Position numbers and translations under genes: made by a program
The notes under the pieces: generated by a model
Seen by the model: the letters and a program-made list of their open reading frames with translations, nothing else
Database searches by the model: none
Told to the model about the DNA's origin: nothing
Shown here: positions 1 through 13,300 of the stretch, piece after piece
Numbering within the stretch: the stretch's first letter is position 1
Layout of the letters: every line of letters begins with the position of its first letter
Origin: Amphiscolops sp. MND2022
Taxonomy: Eukaryota
Length of the DNA stretch: 60,000 nt
Assembly: GCA_964187785.1 (NCBI GenBank)
Contig: OZ076413.1
Span: 43,092,001-43,152,000, forward strand
Direction: 5' to 3'

Positions 1-314
1 ATGTTTTTGGGCAACGCAAGTTTGTTTTTCCTTGCTGATTCACACCATGTGTCCTAAAAGTTTTTTATTCCAAATTGGGCAGATCGATACCAACCAAGTC
101 GTAATAAAATCATTTAAGACGATTTGAACATTTTTAAAGCTGCCATAGTGGTCTGGGTTAAATCCAGGCGTTGTCGCAATTTCTGGGAAATTCAAATACC
201 TTTTCGAAACCTCGAAACCTAAGAATGCCCTATAAATTTACAGCACTTTTCTGTTCCCTCTACACCATCAAATTTCAGTAATAAAATTCTTTTAAAAAAT
301 CAAATTGGGATGAT

Positions 315-509
315 TAATTAACGACTACGAACTTTGCTAATGAAAGAGAGAATAACAAGGAAGAGTGAATTGTGCAGTTTCTTGAAATATGGCAGTTTCT
401 TCTAATTTGCAAGATTGTGATATTTTGACAGGTTGTTTAAAGTTACGTAATTAATTAATTCTTTACACTTCGAGGTTCTCACGCGAATTGAGACATGAGC
501 TCTGCTACT
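315..509 (-). repeat. 3' LTR of element A
   Basis: Aligns with 6645-6682 joined to 22882-23037 (shared acgactacgaac...gtgaattgtgcag...gagacatgagctctgctac); purine-rich GAGGGAAA immediately upstream on the minus strand. Confidence 0.8.
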
Positions 510-3500
510 TTTCCCTCACTGAGTAGAAGGACACACGGGGGAGGGGGGGCGACGGTTTACAAGGTACTAATAGACATCAAACTTGATTGGTTTAGCTACT
601 ACCAATTACAATTCAGTTCTTCACTGGTTTGTTCGGGCTTAATGATAGTAACATAATAAACGTATTTAAAACATAATTGATGCATGCTACTACTACAGCA
701 TGAAAGTAATAATGTAATTGATACAATGTTTCGTACAGTTTAAAATGTTCTAACAATTTTTTTCAGGTTAGGTAATTCGTATACGCTAGGTAGACTTGCT
801 CCTTCCATACTTGACTCTTGCTCCAAATTCGCAATCTTTGAGACCATTACATTGTGTCCTAGCCACTTCGGTTTCTTAGACACTCTATTTGAAATTCGGG
901 ATTTCTCCCATTTCACCTTTTCTTTTATTGGCACTGATTGTTCAGGCATTTCTGTTTCTTCTTCATCTTGGATCCCTTCGTGATTGATGGCCGTTTTCTC
1001 TTCAGATTAATGTTTTTTAAGGGGCACTTGTTCTCGCATGTCCGGTTGTGCGATTTCTTCTCCTTCTGTTGACGGTGAGACCTCGCCAGCAATAGCCATT
1101 ATGTTTGCCTCTTCCTGGTCTTTTTGCTTTTTGCGCATTTCCCCGCTTTGCTCTTATTTCTCTTTTTACCCGCATTTGGCAAATTTTGCATTTCTTTATT
1201 CTGTTCTTCGCTAGCTCCACTGTTAATTTACTGCCTTGCGGCCGTTTCTCATGAGTGATTGCTACATCTCTCTTTCAGACCGTGACTTCTTTTCCGGAGT
1301 TTGGCAGAACTGTCAGGGTATTTTCCGATTGCTGTGTCACTCTGCCCTTGTTTTTTTCGGAATGAGCCTTCTAATTTTGTGCCTCGCACACATTCCCGAA
1401 CCAGGATTGTCGAACCTGCCTCTACAATGAAATTTTCTAGTTGGATATCGATTTGGGGATCTTTCTCTGAATTACACTTTTCGATCATAGCTGATTTCAA
1501 AGGTTTTGGTTTTCTACCATTTTGTTTCTCAGATGCAGAGAAACTTCTCTGCCATCTGCTCCTTTTTCCGTCCTTAGGGCAGGCAGTATGTTCAAAATTT
1601 CTTTGCTATCTCGTTCAACAATAATTGTTCTATTTATTCTCAACCGTTCGTTTATAGTCCGTATCTTACGCTCCACTTTTCCTTTAGCTCTATACTGACA
1701 GACCGTATGTTGAATAAAACGCTCTTTAAAGAATTGTTTAAACTTTTCACTTTTAAACACTTCCGTATTTAATTTTTTTTAAATACTTTTAAATACTACC
1801 GTTACTGGGCCCTTCTGATCCCCTTTGGGATACCTTGAGCCGCGATACATTCTGTTAAAAATCCAACGACGTTTCCCGTGCTTGGGTTCGTTAAAAATAG
1901 CGCCTCCGGTCATCCTGAGTTGTTATCTACCGAGACAAAAAAATACTTTTGTGTTCATGTGCGTTTTGAAACGGGTCCGCCAGATCTATCGAGATTTCTT
2001 CGTTAGGGTAATTCCTTTCCGGTAATTTACCAAACTCCCTTTGCGATTTCATCCTTTTTAAGTTGTTACCTGCTTTCTGGCAATCGGGACGTTTCTGAGC
2101 CTTGTCTACTATTTCACGGTGGATCCGGGGCCACCACACATCCGATACCACTCTGAGCATTGTGTCCCGTATTTCATGATCATAATGATTTGCTCCTAAT
2201 AAAGTTTTGCGCATATCTTCAGGAATACCGATTTTTTGGTCCATGTGAAGTAATCCTTTCGAATCTGAAGGAAATATAATTTTCCGCTCCAGGGAAGTTG
2301 AAGGCGAGAAATAACCGCTACATTTTGGTCTCTAACCAGTTTGATTAATTTTTGGACACATTTATCCGCTTCATAATTGGCTTGTACACAAACCTTGCTA
2401 ACTTTGGAACTTGCAAAATTGCGTTCGGAAGCCACACTTTGCTGATTATTGCATCAACCGACTTGTTTACTTGGCTCACTTACGTGCACAGGCGCGTGAA
2501 CTGTCAAAACAACCCCAATTGCTTTTCTATATTCTTCTTCCAATCCTGCAATTTGATTGGTGTACTTTTTTCCCAACATTGCATTATGTAACGTCGGGGC
2601 AAACTCTTTCACTCCATTGAATGTGAACCAATTGTTGAGCAATTTCTCGGCTTTTGTTTTTTCTCCTTCGTATTTGGGAAAATGCAGTGAGGAGTAGTCT
2701 GCCATACCCAACGTTCTGCCCGGTGTGTGTACAACGGTAGAATCGAATGGCAGTAGCCAGCCTATCTACCCATCTGGTTAATCTACTTGAAAAAGTTTTG
2801 TTGCCTTATTAGATTTCAACACACTTTGTAACGCCTTATGATCAGAAACTTTTCCGAAAGATTTTCCGTACAGGTATTTTTTGAAATGTTCAACCGACCA
2901 AACGATGCGTATGAAGTTGGTTTCAATCCGTTTTATTCGCACTTTTGGAGAACCGCATCTAATCCGTGCTTACTCGCAATACATTTTTTTAACAGCCTAT
3001 ATTTTTGAAGTGAGATAATTCGGCCACTTTTTTCAATTCTTCATACATTTGTTGGATCATTTTTTATGCTCTTCAGACCAGTTCCAGTTTGCATCCTTTT
3101 TAAAAATTGATCTAAAAAGGTGAACAGATTGCTGCTAAATCTGGAATAAACTTATTAAACTGGTTTACTACACCCCAAAAACGATCTCATTTCTTTGAGA
3201 TTTGTCGGCCGCAGCTTTTCTGATAATCCTTGCACTTTTGAATAAAATGGCGAAAAGTCCAAAGTTGTCAATTTGAAGCCTTATCAGTCAATCTCTTGGT
3301 TTACATTTTGCTGCCTTTTACTGCCATTCTCCTTGATCGAGTACAGTCAAAATTTCCCGCACTCTGTTTAAATTGTCTTCCTTTGCGTCCTTTGTTACTA
3401 TTAAAATATCATCAATAAACACGAACACTTCTCTAAATATAGATAATAACAAATCCATTATTTTTTGGAATTCTGTCAGCATTACCGTGAGACCATAAAA

Positions 3501-4208
3501 ACCTTTTACAAATTATTACGTCTTCGTGGATTCTCCTCCAAATATTTGAAAGTTACACTGCTTCGGCGTCAACAGATGCAAAGGGACCTGACCATATGAT
3601 AATGTCATCCCTACGGATGAATACCATGCATCTCGTTTTTCACTATCTAATTTTTCTGGTACAAAGTATAACAAATTTTCTAAACTTGTCTTTTCGTTGT
3701 TGTCTTTTTCTTTGGCTTGGTTAAAGGCTCTTGCATCTAACGCAAATTTTACCGAGCTGTCTTTGTACACGGTTATTACTTTTCGTTGTATGAAAACCTC
3801 GTCACTTATTTCGTTTATTTTATCGATATGTCCTTCTTTTAGCAATCTTTTAATTTCCGTATCTACCGAATTTTGTAACTCAATCGGGATTCGCCGGTTA
3901 TTTTCGCATCCTTTTTCAATTTTATATTCACTTGAAGATTTTTCACTCTTCCGTTTCTTTCAAATAAGTTTGGCAATTCATTTACAAATTTTGTTAATTT
4001 CAGCGCAATGTTCTTCGTCTTTTTGAATAGAATTAACTCCTAACTCACCTTCATTTTCCGGAGTAACTTTGTAGCGCAGCAAGGAAAATCGTTTTTTTGC
4101 CAATTAATGACCTTGTCCCTTTCTTTGCTACTAAAATTTTTGCTTTTCTGATATAATGAGTTCCCACTTGCAGCTCCCAGAGTACGTATTCGAGAAGATT
4201 TAAGTGGC

Positions 4209-5470
4209 CGCGTCTTTTTGATGAGCTTAGACAGTTGAGGCGCGGGTAGGGTCCTGCGCCGATCGAAAATCCGTACTATGTTTATATGTTGTAAAATACT
4301 GCACTTTTGTCATGTATCTCGAAAACGAGCCGTCAGAAAATCCTGAAAAGTTGCATGCGGCCCCCAATTGGCGAGCAATTAAGAAGTGTAGAAGGTCGTT
4401 TTTCCCAAATTCCACTGTGAGACGAGATATACGAAAAAATCGAGTTTGCAAATCACAAAAATCGCACTTTTTGGCCCTTTTTGTGCACATATTTTTTTCA
4501 GAGGCATCGGAGCGACCTGGCATTGGACGACAATATTGCTCAGCGGTGTCGAGCGTCCAAAATTTTCGTCCAAATCGAAATGAAATTGATTGAGTTATAA
4601 TGAATTTTTGCATGAATTTTTCAGCAGACCCGAGTCTATCTCTGCCGTTTTTTGCCCAGATTTTTTTCTGGACACTCTCCTAAAGGCCTTCCCTGGCCGG
4701 TTTACCTCCCAAAAAAACCATTTGGCCCTAAATACGGAGTTTCAGCGTTCTAGCAATTCCGGGCGAAAAGTTGTGGGACTTAGAAATTTTCAAAAATTTT
4801 CAAAAAATTTTTTTTCGGTATTTGGGGCCCCAAAGTGGGGAAAGGACCCCCCAACTAGTATATTAAGTGAATGCATGTTCAAAGCCTATGTTTAGACGAA
4901 AAACATGCCGTTTAGAACCTCTTTTTATCTTTACTTGATGTTGACTTATGATCTTTTGAGTACCGTATAACACGTGACCACATTAGTGAAAAACCTAATT
5001 TTCAAACATTTTCAAACAATAACGCCTGAAAAGATTTTGGAGAAGGTTCAGATGGGTCAGATAGCAGTTCTGAGGCCTGTATGTTTTCCCTTAGGATACA
5101 ACTGAGGTATTTGAGATGTTGTTGTTTACTTTACACTTGTCTTTGTTTTTCTTAGATCATAATGCCGCCTGGTACATTTCATCTCCCTCTCGGGGGAGAT
5201 GTGAATGTACTAACTAAAAACCAAATTCTACTGCCCGTAGATGTTTTGGTTGTTCAATGCTTCATGTGCTATTGCTCGCGAACACTATCTTGTCTGATTA
5301 ATTTCACTGTGACTTGATACACTGTACATTCGGTCAGTACCGTGCATTAAAACCCTACACGTGTAACGTCAACGCCACATACCCAATCAACGCCCACCGT
5401 CCGTGGGCATGCCGAGGCATGCCCTTCGACGACGTATGCCAAATGCCTAATGCCACGCAGTCACTCTCTT
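4209..5470. mobile_element. Unclassified insertion splitting the protease region of element A
   Basis: Minus-strand protease-adjacent peptide ..EFNGK (~5475) resumes as ..LNLLEYVLWELQVG (~4205); flanked by near-duplicate GTGGC (4204-4208) / GTTGC (5471-5475); contains GGGGGAGA-TGT (PPT+LTR-start-like) at 5192-5202. Confidence 0.5.
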
Positions 5471-6632
5471 GTTGCTTGCCATTAAACTCCATGTGCTTCT
5501 CGCCTTTATCATCTCTGGTACTTCACGTTTATCCCGCTTCATGACCTGTTTCAGCTCATCTGGTGCAAAGATTGTTACTGGCGATCCTGAGTTTATGATT
5601 ACTTTAACTTTGTTCCCATTGATGAAACCTCCCATGTAATACGGCTTTGCGTTTTCATATCCTCCTTCTACTTTCAGCACAGTGTAAATATCTTCGTCTT
5701 CGTCTTCTTCTTCTTGATCGACCAATCGAGAGCGTTTGTTAAAAGGCTCTCGATTGCCATTGGTTCAAAATTTGCCAAATTGCTGTGCACCTTCTTTCTT
5801 TTCTGATTGCACACTCGTTCCAAATGGCTTTTTCTGATGCAAAAGTTGCAAAATGCCTCTGGTGCTTTACACACTTTCAAATAATCGAGTGTGAAATTGC
5901 CTGTGCCGCGTCTCCAGCATTCTCTTGTGTTTTGTCGTGATCCATTAACTGAGCACACTGGTTCGTCTTTTACTCATGTGTCCTGGTGTATGTAACCATA
6001 CGTTTCCTGCCGCTTCAAACCGTCTTCAACGGCTATGGCAAACTGTAATGCGTCGATGGGCCTTTCTTTTGACTCTGTGCATAATTTTTCTTGGACTTGC
6101 TCATTGGACTTGTTGAGTACAAATATGTCGAAAACTAGTCCTTCCGTTTGGTTGCTAAAATCGCATTGGCTGCCAAACATTTTAGCACGTTCCAAAACTG
6201 GTGTAACGAGTGTGTTGGTTCCTGCTTTCGAGAGAGGAATGTGTGACGATCTAACGTTTTTTACGACGTCTTCTGAAGCACTCGTTGCAGTTTTGAAGAA
6301 TTACGTTCAATTGTATCAGCAGGATAATTTATTGAGGGAACTTATCCAACATTTTCCGACCTGCCTTGACAATGGAGATGTACAGTAAATTGGCAATTTT
6401 TCTCTTTGCCGGTTTTTCTTCTAAGTTGCCCATCAGTGCTGCATTCCGAGGATTGGATTGTTTGCAACTTCTTCTCTAATTAACTCGTAAATAGAAATTG
6501 AATGTCTAGCCAGAATCGCAACTTCGAATAGTTGAATCCATTGTTCCCAATCATATGTAGGTGGTTTCCCTGCTTGTTTCCAAAAGTAAGTAAACACCGC
6601 AACAGGAGAGTTAGAAATGTCTTCTTCATTGT

Positions 6633-6644
6633 GTGACAGCGCCA
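6633..6644 (-). other. Primer-binding site of element A (TGGCGCTGTCAC)
   Basis: TGG-initiated motif abutting the CA end of the 5' LTR at 6645. Confidence 0.65.
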
Positions 6645-6682
6645 TGTTGACGACTACGAACGTTGCTTTTGAAAGAGACAAT

Positions 6683-8938
6683 TGTTACGACTATTAACCG
6701 GTGTTGTTTTAGAACTAGTCGCAGTTTGTGTCTTGACTGGGGTGGACGTTCTCGTTACGGAGATGTTTTCTTGGTCAGAATCAGAATCTTGTATGTTCGA
6801 GCTAACTGAGCGTTTCTTGTTCGCTGGTGCTATTAATTTAAGCATTTCCTTTTGATTTTCGGCTAATATCTTTGTTAGATCAGTCATTATCTCTTTTCTC
6901 AGAGTTGTTTTTATTTCCTCCAGGTTTTCAAGCTCAAGTCTAGGATTTTTACTAGAACTAGGTATCAGGTTTTCAGTAGAGTTATTTTCAGTTAAGGAAG
7001 CTTCGAAATCTCCTGACACTAATTCAGCTACAGATTTTCTCTTCTGGCTTCTAGTAGTCATTTTTTAATGTTAGAAAACGATTCTTCGGCAATAGATGAA
7101 TTCTTTGAAGATGATTTTGTTCAACGTTGAAACAACGAAACAGTTTAAGTTTATTACAACTTGCAAACACAACTAACTCTCTTTACATGCCTCGTCTAAG
7201 TATATATACCTTCTTAGCGTCATTTGTTCCTCACCTAAAAATTCCTAGGAATCGCAAAAATCAGGTTTGTTCAACAAAAAGCGCTAATGATTCATATCAT
7301 TTCAGTCCCGCGTCGTAAAATCAGGCATCAAAATTCCTAGTTGCGTCAGTGTTCCGTAAATTTGTTGAAATCATTTTTGTTCAGGCAATCCCATTTCCTG
7401 TTTAAGTCTCAAAATTGCGGTAAAATAAAAGTCTAGCTTGCATTTTCATCAGCGTAAGCACGCCGGCATGAACAATTAGTCAACTTTCAATTTGGGAGAT
7501 TGAGATTCGAAGCAAAAGAATGACTCGCAAAAATTAACGAAATTGAAACGAGGCAAAAAGAATTTTGGACTAAGGATATTTGAATATTATTGAGGAACAA
7601 GCAACGCTAAGAAAAAACATAATGATGATTAATCGGTTAATTTTGTAAACTGAACAACTGCACCAACAGAAAATCCAACTTTGACCTATACGTGGCCATA
7701 ACGTAACAAGTACGAATTACAAAGTACAAATAGATAGGAAAAAATGAAATTGCAGGCAATAATTATTCTGCACTCGATTGGACTTCGTATATGAATAAAT
7801 AGGGCAGGCATCCTGCAACAATAGCACTTGGTTTGGGTTTCGACGTTGACCTTACGTTACGTTCTGTGAAACATTTTAATGATAAACAACTAATCACTGA
7901 ATACATAAACTCTTAATGTAACGTAAGGCATACGTGATTTGAGAAACTGTTGTAATAGCATCGTTACTCTTCGATCATAGTTTTAGCCCCTTCTTACAGT
8001 ACAATCTTTTACATGTGGACTTGTTTTCAAAACCCTTTAAGTGCGTCGATTCAGAAAAATCCTTATTTGATTTCGGTTTAAACTAATGCTTCATCGCTAT
8101 TATTTTACGAATTGTTCCGTACGTATTAAGATTGGTTATAGCTGAGCGGCGGAATACAATTTTACAATCCGTTCCGTAGCTGCCCCGTACGTATTAAGGT
8201 TGCTCATAGCTTAGCTATCGGACCAAGCGGAGAGAAAGCGGAGTGCGTAGGTGAATTCATTCTCTCTCTCTTATTCCAATTGGTATTGCTAGGGGCAACC
8301 GAAATTGCTTCTATTCAACTTAGCTAAGAATAGTTCTATCAATAGAGTGACGTTATTGGTCCGTAGAAGCAAAATTCCTAATATTAACTCAGTAGATTGA
8401 CGTTGCCATAGCGTTGTAAATATTTGCCTAAATCACTTGGCTGTGCTTTAAGTGAATATTGACAACCACTTCATCTCTGGAAAACAATTCCGCTCTATTA
8501 TTCGTCTGTTCTTTTTCATTTTAGATTGTATGAATTCCGTTGGGATCTCGGAATTGAATTTTATTTTAATGTTTTTATTTTAGTGTGGACCAGTGGAACG
8601 AATGATCCCAATTATAAATGTTCATTTTAGTGTTTAGATTAGTATGGCAGAAAATCAGAAAATCATACCGGAAATGAAAAATCTTATCACGTGCGGAGAA
8701 TATTTAACCGGAAGTTTTAGTTGAAAATCATTTCTGAAAAACGTTCCGTAACGTTTACGTTAGGTTTTGTATTCGGAAATTTATCTGCAACCGATTTAGC
8801 TGTACTGTAAGTAGAATTTAGATTAGTTTAAAATTAGGTTAGTTTAATAGAGTTTACCTCGGCCTTGTCCTCGGCCAATTTCGAAACCAGGTATCCCACT
8901 GCAGCAGCTATAATCCCGACCGGGAGCGGGTCGTGACA
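6683..8938 (-). repeat. 3' LTR of element B (2256 bp)
   Basis: Matches 20636-22876 with only about ten differences seen by eye, including a short duplication near 8570; termini TGTCACGA...TCGTAACA on the minus strand. Confidence 0.97.
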
Positions 8939-9713
8939 GGGCCCCTCTTGAAGCAAGAGACAAGGGTATAGCTCGGCAATGGGGAATTTCTTTCCTGATG
9001 ATGACAGGGGGACGGCCGTTGAGAATCCGCGTGCCGCGACTACGTCCTCTTCCCGAAGTCATTTTGGTTATGAGTCTCTCTTCTTCTTCCATTTCTCGAA
9101 GCTCCTGTTCTCTTCGCGTCGACTCAATAGGGCATATTTCTGGCGGCTTAGTAGGGTCGCTTAACGCACAACTGCATTGCTCCCTTTTGGTCGGAGGGGG
9201 GGCATTCTCTTTAGCTCCGTAGTGAGTGCGTCCACGACCAACTGTTGCGAAAAACTGCCGGTCTTCTATGTCTAAACCATGTAGTGCGTCCAAATCTGCC
9301 AGCGAAGGCTCATTCAAGTCATTCAGCTTGACTGTGTTTGGAGCTCTTTCATTTCCTAATTGGGGAATGTTTGCCTTTTCGTTTAGAACTGGTGTTGGTT
9401 TTGTTTGGGGCTGGCTCGGCGGCGTATCCGGTTCTTCGTAGAAGTCGGTATCTGAGTTAGGGTTTACTGCTGGCGGTAGATTAAAACTTACTCTCCCTAG
9501 CTTTTTCTTTTTGCTGGGGTTAGGGCCGCGCTTTTTCGGAGAACAGTCAGACTCGGACGTTGAATCTGTTTCAGCTTCACTCCCACGGAATGCTTCCGTG
9601 GACGAGTCACTAAGAGTGCTGATCGTATTGAGGGGTAGTGTCTTCAATGGCGTGCTGCAACGGTTATTATCTTCGTCGGAAGATATATCTATCACTAACG
9701 AGTATCCGTTCAT
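8844..9713 (-). CDS. Element B 3' sense ORF (289 aa, low-complexity/disordered, unknown function), ends inside the 3' LTR
   Basis: Intact ATG-TAA ORF; Ser/Pro/acidic-rich, basic patch PKKRGPNPSKKKK, RG-rich tail; no signal peptide or TM segment, so not env-like. Confidence 0.65.
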   Translation of the reverse strand: MNGYSLVIDISSDEDNNRCSTPLKTLPLNTISTLSDSSTEAFRGSEAETDSTSESDCSPKKRGPNPSKKKKLGRVSFNLPPAVNPNSDTDFYEEPDTPPSQPQTKPTPVLNEKANIPQLGNERAPNTVKLNDLNEPSLADLDALHGLDIEDRQFFATVGRGRTHYGAKENAPPPTKREQCSCALSDPTKPPEICPIESTRREQELREMEEEERLITKMTSGRGRSRGTRILNGRPPVIIRKEIPHCRAIPLSLASRGALSRPAPGRDYSCCSGIPGFEIGRGQGRGKLY

Positions 9714-10305
9714 GATTGCAGAGATTAAATTTTGTAGGATTTTGGCTTATGTCTTCTTTGACTAGTTCACAGAGAATTAGTTTGGCAGAAGATGCTGGTC
9801 AAGCTTTTATGAAAATTGGACGACAAATGAACGTTTCAAATTCTTTTCCTTGGTAATTTTTAACGAAATTCTATTGGTCGGTTTTTCCGCTTTCGTTTCG
9901 GTGCGTCTCGAGATGAAAGAAACAAGTTCTTTCTTACTGCGTTGTGATTGGTCGAAATAATTGATGAAAACTTCTAATTCTAGTAGCCGTCCTCTTTTCG
10001 GTTAATGGCGTAATGACGTCACACAGTTTCATTGGTGTATTACGCCTTTGTTCCGTGATCTCCTGATGATTTTCTTAATTCTTCTTTAGCATTTCTTGGT
10101 GGATTTTTATCCATCTTTTGGAAACGTTTTGTTCCGTCAATTCCATAATAGGCTTTTAAAAGGAAAAAGGAAATTGGAACATGGATGATTTTCTTTCCTG
10201 TAAAAAATGATGCTGTTGATCCTTTTCTTGTCTTTTACGTTCGCTTTGCGTAGTTTTCTTCTTGATTTTTCCTTTTGTTTTAGATTTCTTGAGTTGTTAT
10301 TCTGG
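9714..10305. promoter_or_regulatory. Putative bidirectional internal promoter of element B
   Basis: Lies between divergently oriented ORFs; ATTGG (CCAAT) at 9873, 9947, 10031 and perfect CRE TGACGTCA at 10014-10021. Confidence 0.5.
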
Positions 10306-13300
10306 ATGGATGGTGATTCTGGTCCTCCTGCTGGTACTGGTACAGGGTTCGTCAGTGGAAACGAGACAACATTCAATTTCACCGATGATGATGTTGTTCC
10401 TTCTGACATCGATATTTCTCGTTCTGCTTCGGGTTGGTAAAATCTTTCTGACTTCCTGGGTAATAGGACTATTGTTTTGGTGATCAGCCTTTTATAGTCT
10501 TACCCGTAACTCTGACGCGTCTGAACCAGATCTTGATTTTCAGTAACTCAACCCATTGCGCTGCCCGGGCTTAGTTCCAATACGGAAGCTAGTCGTTCTT
10601 TGGTTCCCGTGGGACTCCCTTCCATTACCGAGGCATTTCCGGTTGTCTCTGTCAACGCTATCCTGACGACTGTTCTTGCTGGTTCTGGGCATGCTGCTTC
10701 TTTCCAGCCTGGTTCCTCTTCGTTGTTAGAGGCTCCCGACGTCAGTACTGGAGTTTCGCAAGATTCCACCGGATTTGGTTCTCAGCTTCAAGATGCTGCT
10801 GTTGTTAGTGAGCCTCGTGGAGGCGAGGCCATTCCGGCCTCCCCAAAAGAAAGTGGGGGAGGAAGAAATGATGTGGAAGCTGCGACTGTCGATGTCATGG
10901 AGCCAAGTTGTTCTCGTGAGCGGGCTGTGAAGTTTTCGACTCCGCCACCGCAACGTCAAGGTGGTCTTTCTCCTAGCTTACAGGAGCTTATGGCTGAGGG
11001 ATGGAGCAGTTAGTTGTTTCTCTTTTTTTTTCTCATCCTTTTCTTTTCTCTTCTCTTTGTTTTGTAGAATGCTTGTATGGAGTTGTTCAATTTAGTCTTC
11101 TGGTTGGGTTTCTCGGAGTGGTTCGGGCTTCCATAGTGTTCCCACCTAATTGTTTTGATGTTTGTTTTAGATGATCCAGAAGCGGAGGAGGAGGTGTTAG
11201 CTTTCCCCGGCAATACTCCGTTGAGTCCGATTGACTTGGCGCAATTTGGTCGTCATCTGATTTCGGAGGTGGAGACTCGGGCAGTACAAAGTATCGAGAC
11301 AGGTACGTTAGTATGTCATAATTGATAGGGGGTTGTTTAGGTGTGGTTGGGGTTTTGGGGTCGCATTATCGTGTGTCATATTTATAGATGGTTGTGTTAT
11401 TGTTTGCAGGTTTCACGAAGTTATCTAAGAAGATTGGAGATCGCTGCCAGCGGCGAGTGCGAACTTATGGGAATCGCAAGCATTTGAAGAGACGCATGTT
11501 ATCTTTGCATCCCGCATATTCCAACTTTGTCAGTGGCTCTAAGTGCGGGGAGCCTACGTCCTTCTTTTGTCGGGTGTGCAATCGAGATGTGCGGATGAAG
11601 GCACAAGGATCTGGCGAGTTTAAACGTCACTTCGCATCTGATGGGCACTGGTTTCGTGACGTGCGCTACAGAGTACATTCAGGGTTGCCCGTATACAACA
11701 GATGGTTGGAGCCTATGGAACTGACTGCCGCCCAGATTGCGGAATACAAAGCTCAACCTTTTGTGGACTTGGCAGAGGGGTTTCCTTTTCCAGAAGATTT
11801 GGTGCCCAAACATGCCCAAGTTGATTCAAAGGTCCCATTTATGACAATGATCTCGGCCGTCTGTGAGTGGCTCCGGAGTGGCGGCGATTTCACGTTGCTG
11901 CGACGTTTATGGGCGTGTTTCCGAGCTTCTTTGGGTGAGAGGGCGCCCGAATATCAGCTGAATTGGAGTCATGCTGAGACGGTGGTAAGTAGGGGTATTA
12001 CATATTTTTGTGGTCTTTGGGTTCATGAGCTTTGTCTGTCTCGTTTTCCCTCTTTTTCCCTTTTTTTTTCTTTTTTTTTCTTTTTCCTTCCGGGGGGGGG
12101 CAGTAGTAGTATGGTTTTGTAGTCATGGTATTTGTATATTGTTTCAGTCCCTGCTGTGTCGTGGCCTTGCTCCTCGGGTGTTGCGTCTGGTTCTCAGTGC
12201 AGTCGGGACGCGCAATGAATATGCATTGTTCTATGAGAAAGACGCGGATGTTGAACGATGCTTTGTTGTGTGCTGGTTGGATAATGCTCTGCGGAAAATC
12301 TGCATTGGTCAGGAAGTTTTGGACCAGCCTATGCCCAAATCCGAGTTGGTTCCTTTGGCACAGTTCGTCCATAGTGTGCAAAATGCGCGCCTTCCCTTTT
12401 GTGTCAGCGGTGCTAGTCCGGTGCTTCTTCGAGTGATAGAGGACAATCGTACTGATGGGAAACGACTTGTTATGCATCAACAGTTTTCCGAGGAGGTGTT
12501 CTTACAGTGTGTGCGTCAGGCACATCAGGATGTTTTCGGAATGGTAGAGGTGACAAGTTTGGTGGACTATGTCATTTTACGGCTGAAGAGCGCTGTGTAC
12601 GAGGACTGGACAGATGGCAAGGTGTTGCTGCGCAAGGCCATTCGTCAAGGTTTCGTTGCCTTCCAGGATCTTCGTGAGGTTCTGACTGATTTGGTGGACC
12701 TGTGGCCTTCAATTCGCCTGTTCATTCGGTGTACCGGATTGCCTCATGTGAAAGATCAAGCCGACAGTGTGAGTTTGTTGCATGATTTTTTTTTTGCGGG
12801 AGGTTCTTCACGGTCGTCTTGTTGGTCATCTGTTGTTTTCCGTCTGCTTAGTTATTTTGTGTTGTTGTTTAGTTGAGAGGTATGGATTCAACTGTGATCT
12901 CGGACGGACTGGTGCCGTATCGTTTTGTGCTGTTGCAATTGATGTTGGATACTTTCCATATTCATTTGCCGAAGTTGAGACAGAGCCGCAGCGATTATGC
13001 ATTCCATGGCTATGGTGAATTATGCAATTTCGTATACTGCTTGTTGATGAAGACACGCCAGTTATCAAGTCTTCCAGCTATTCACGATTGGGATGCATAC
13101 ATGGACGTGGAAAAGGCGGCAAGTTTCCCTGTTGCACCTATAGATGAGTTCTTGGCTCACTGTGATTATGGGAAGTCTCTTTTGTCATCGAAAGCGAGCG
13201 AGATGCCAAAGTTTCGTGGTCGCTGCAGAGAATTTATCGATCGCCTCGTCACTCTGTTAGTGGAGAGCGCCAGCACTCGTTCCATTGTTTCGAAAGGTCT

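Larger units (their letters stand above)
1500..6646 (-). pseudogene. Fragmented gag-pol of element A
   Basis: Gag FWKQAGKPPTYDWEQW (6433-6646); zinc knuckle CNFCIRKSHLERVC; protease IINSGS (~5580); RT VFVFIDDILI (~3400-3430); RNase H MADYSS; integrase zinc-finger region HYDH...WWPRIHREIV...C (1927-2244) and KGKVERKIRT (1497-1760). Many stops and frameshifts. Confidence 0.85.

Noticed and set aside
4227..4895. ORFs of 93-128 aa in the insertion
   Set aside because: No recognisable motifs; composition reflects A/T runs of a non-coding repeat.
11068..11170. Alternative acceptor at 11067
   Set aside because: Splicing there from 11008 meets an in-frame TGA at about 11172; the 11170 acceptor keeps the frame open.
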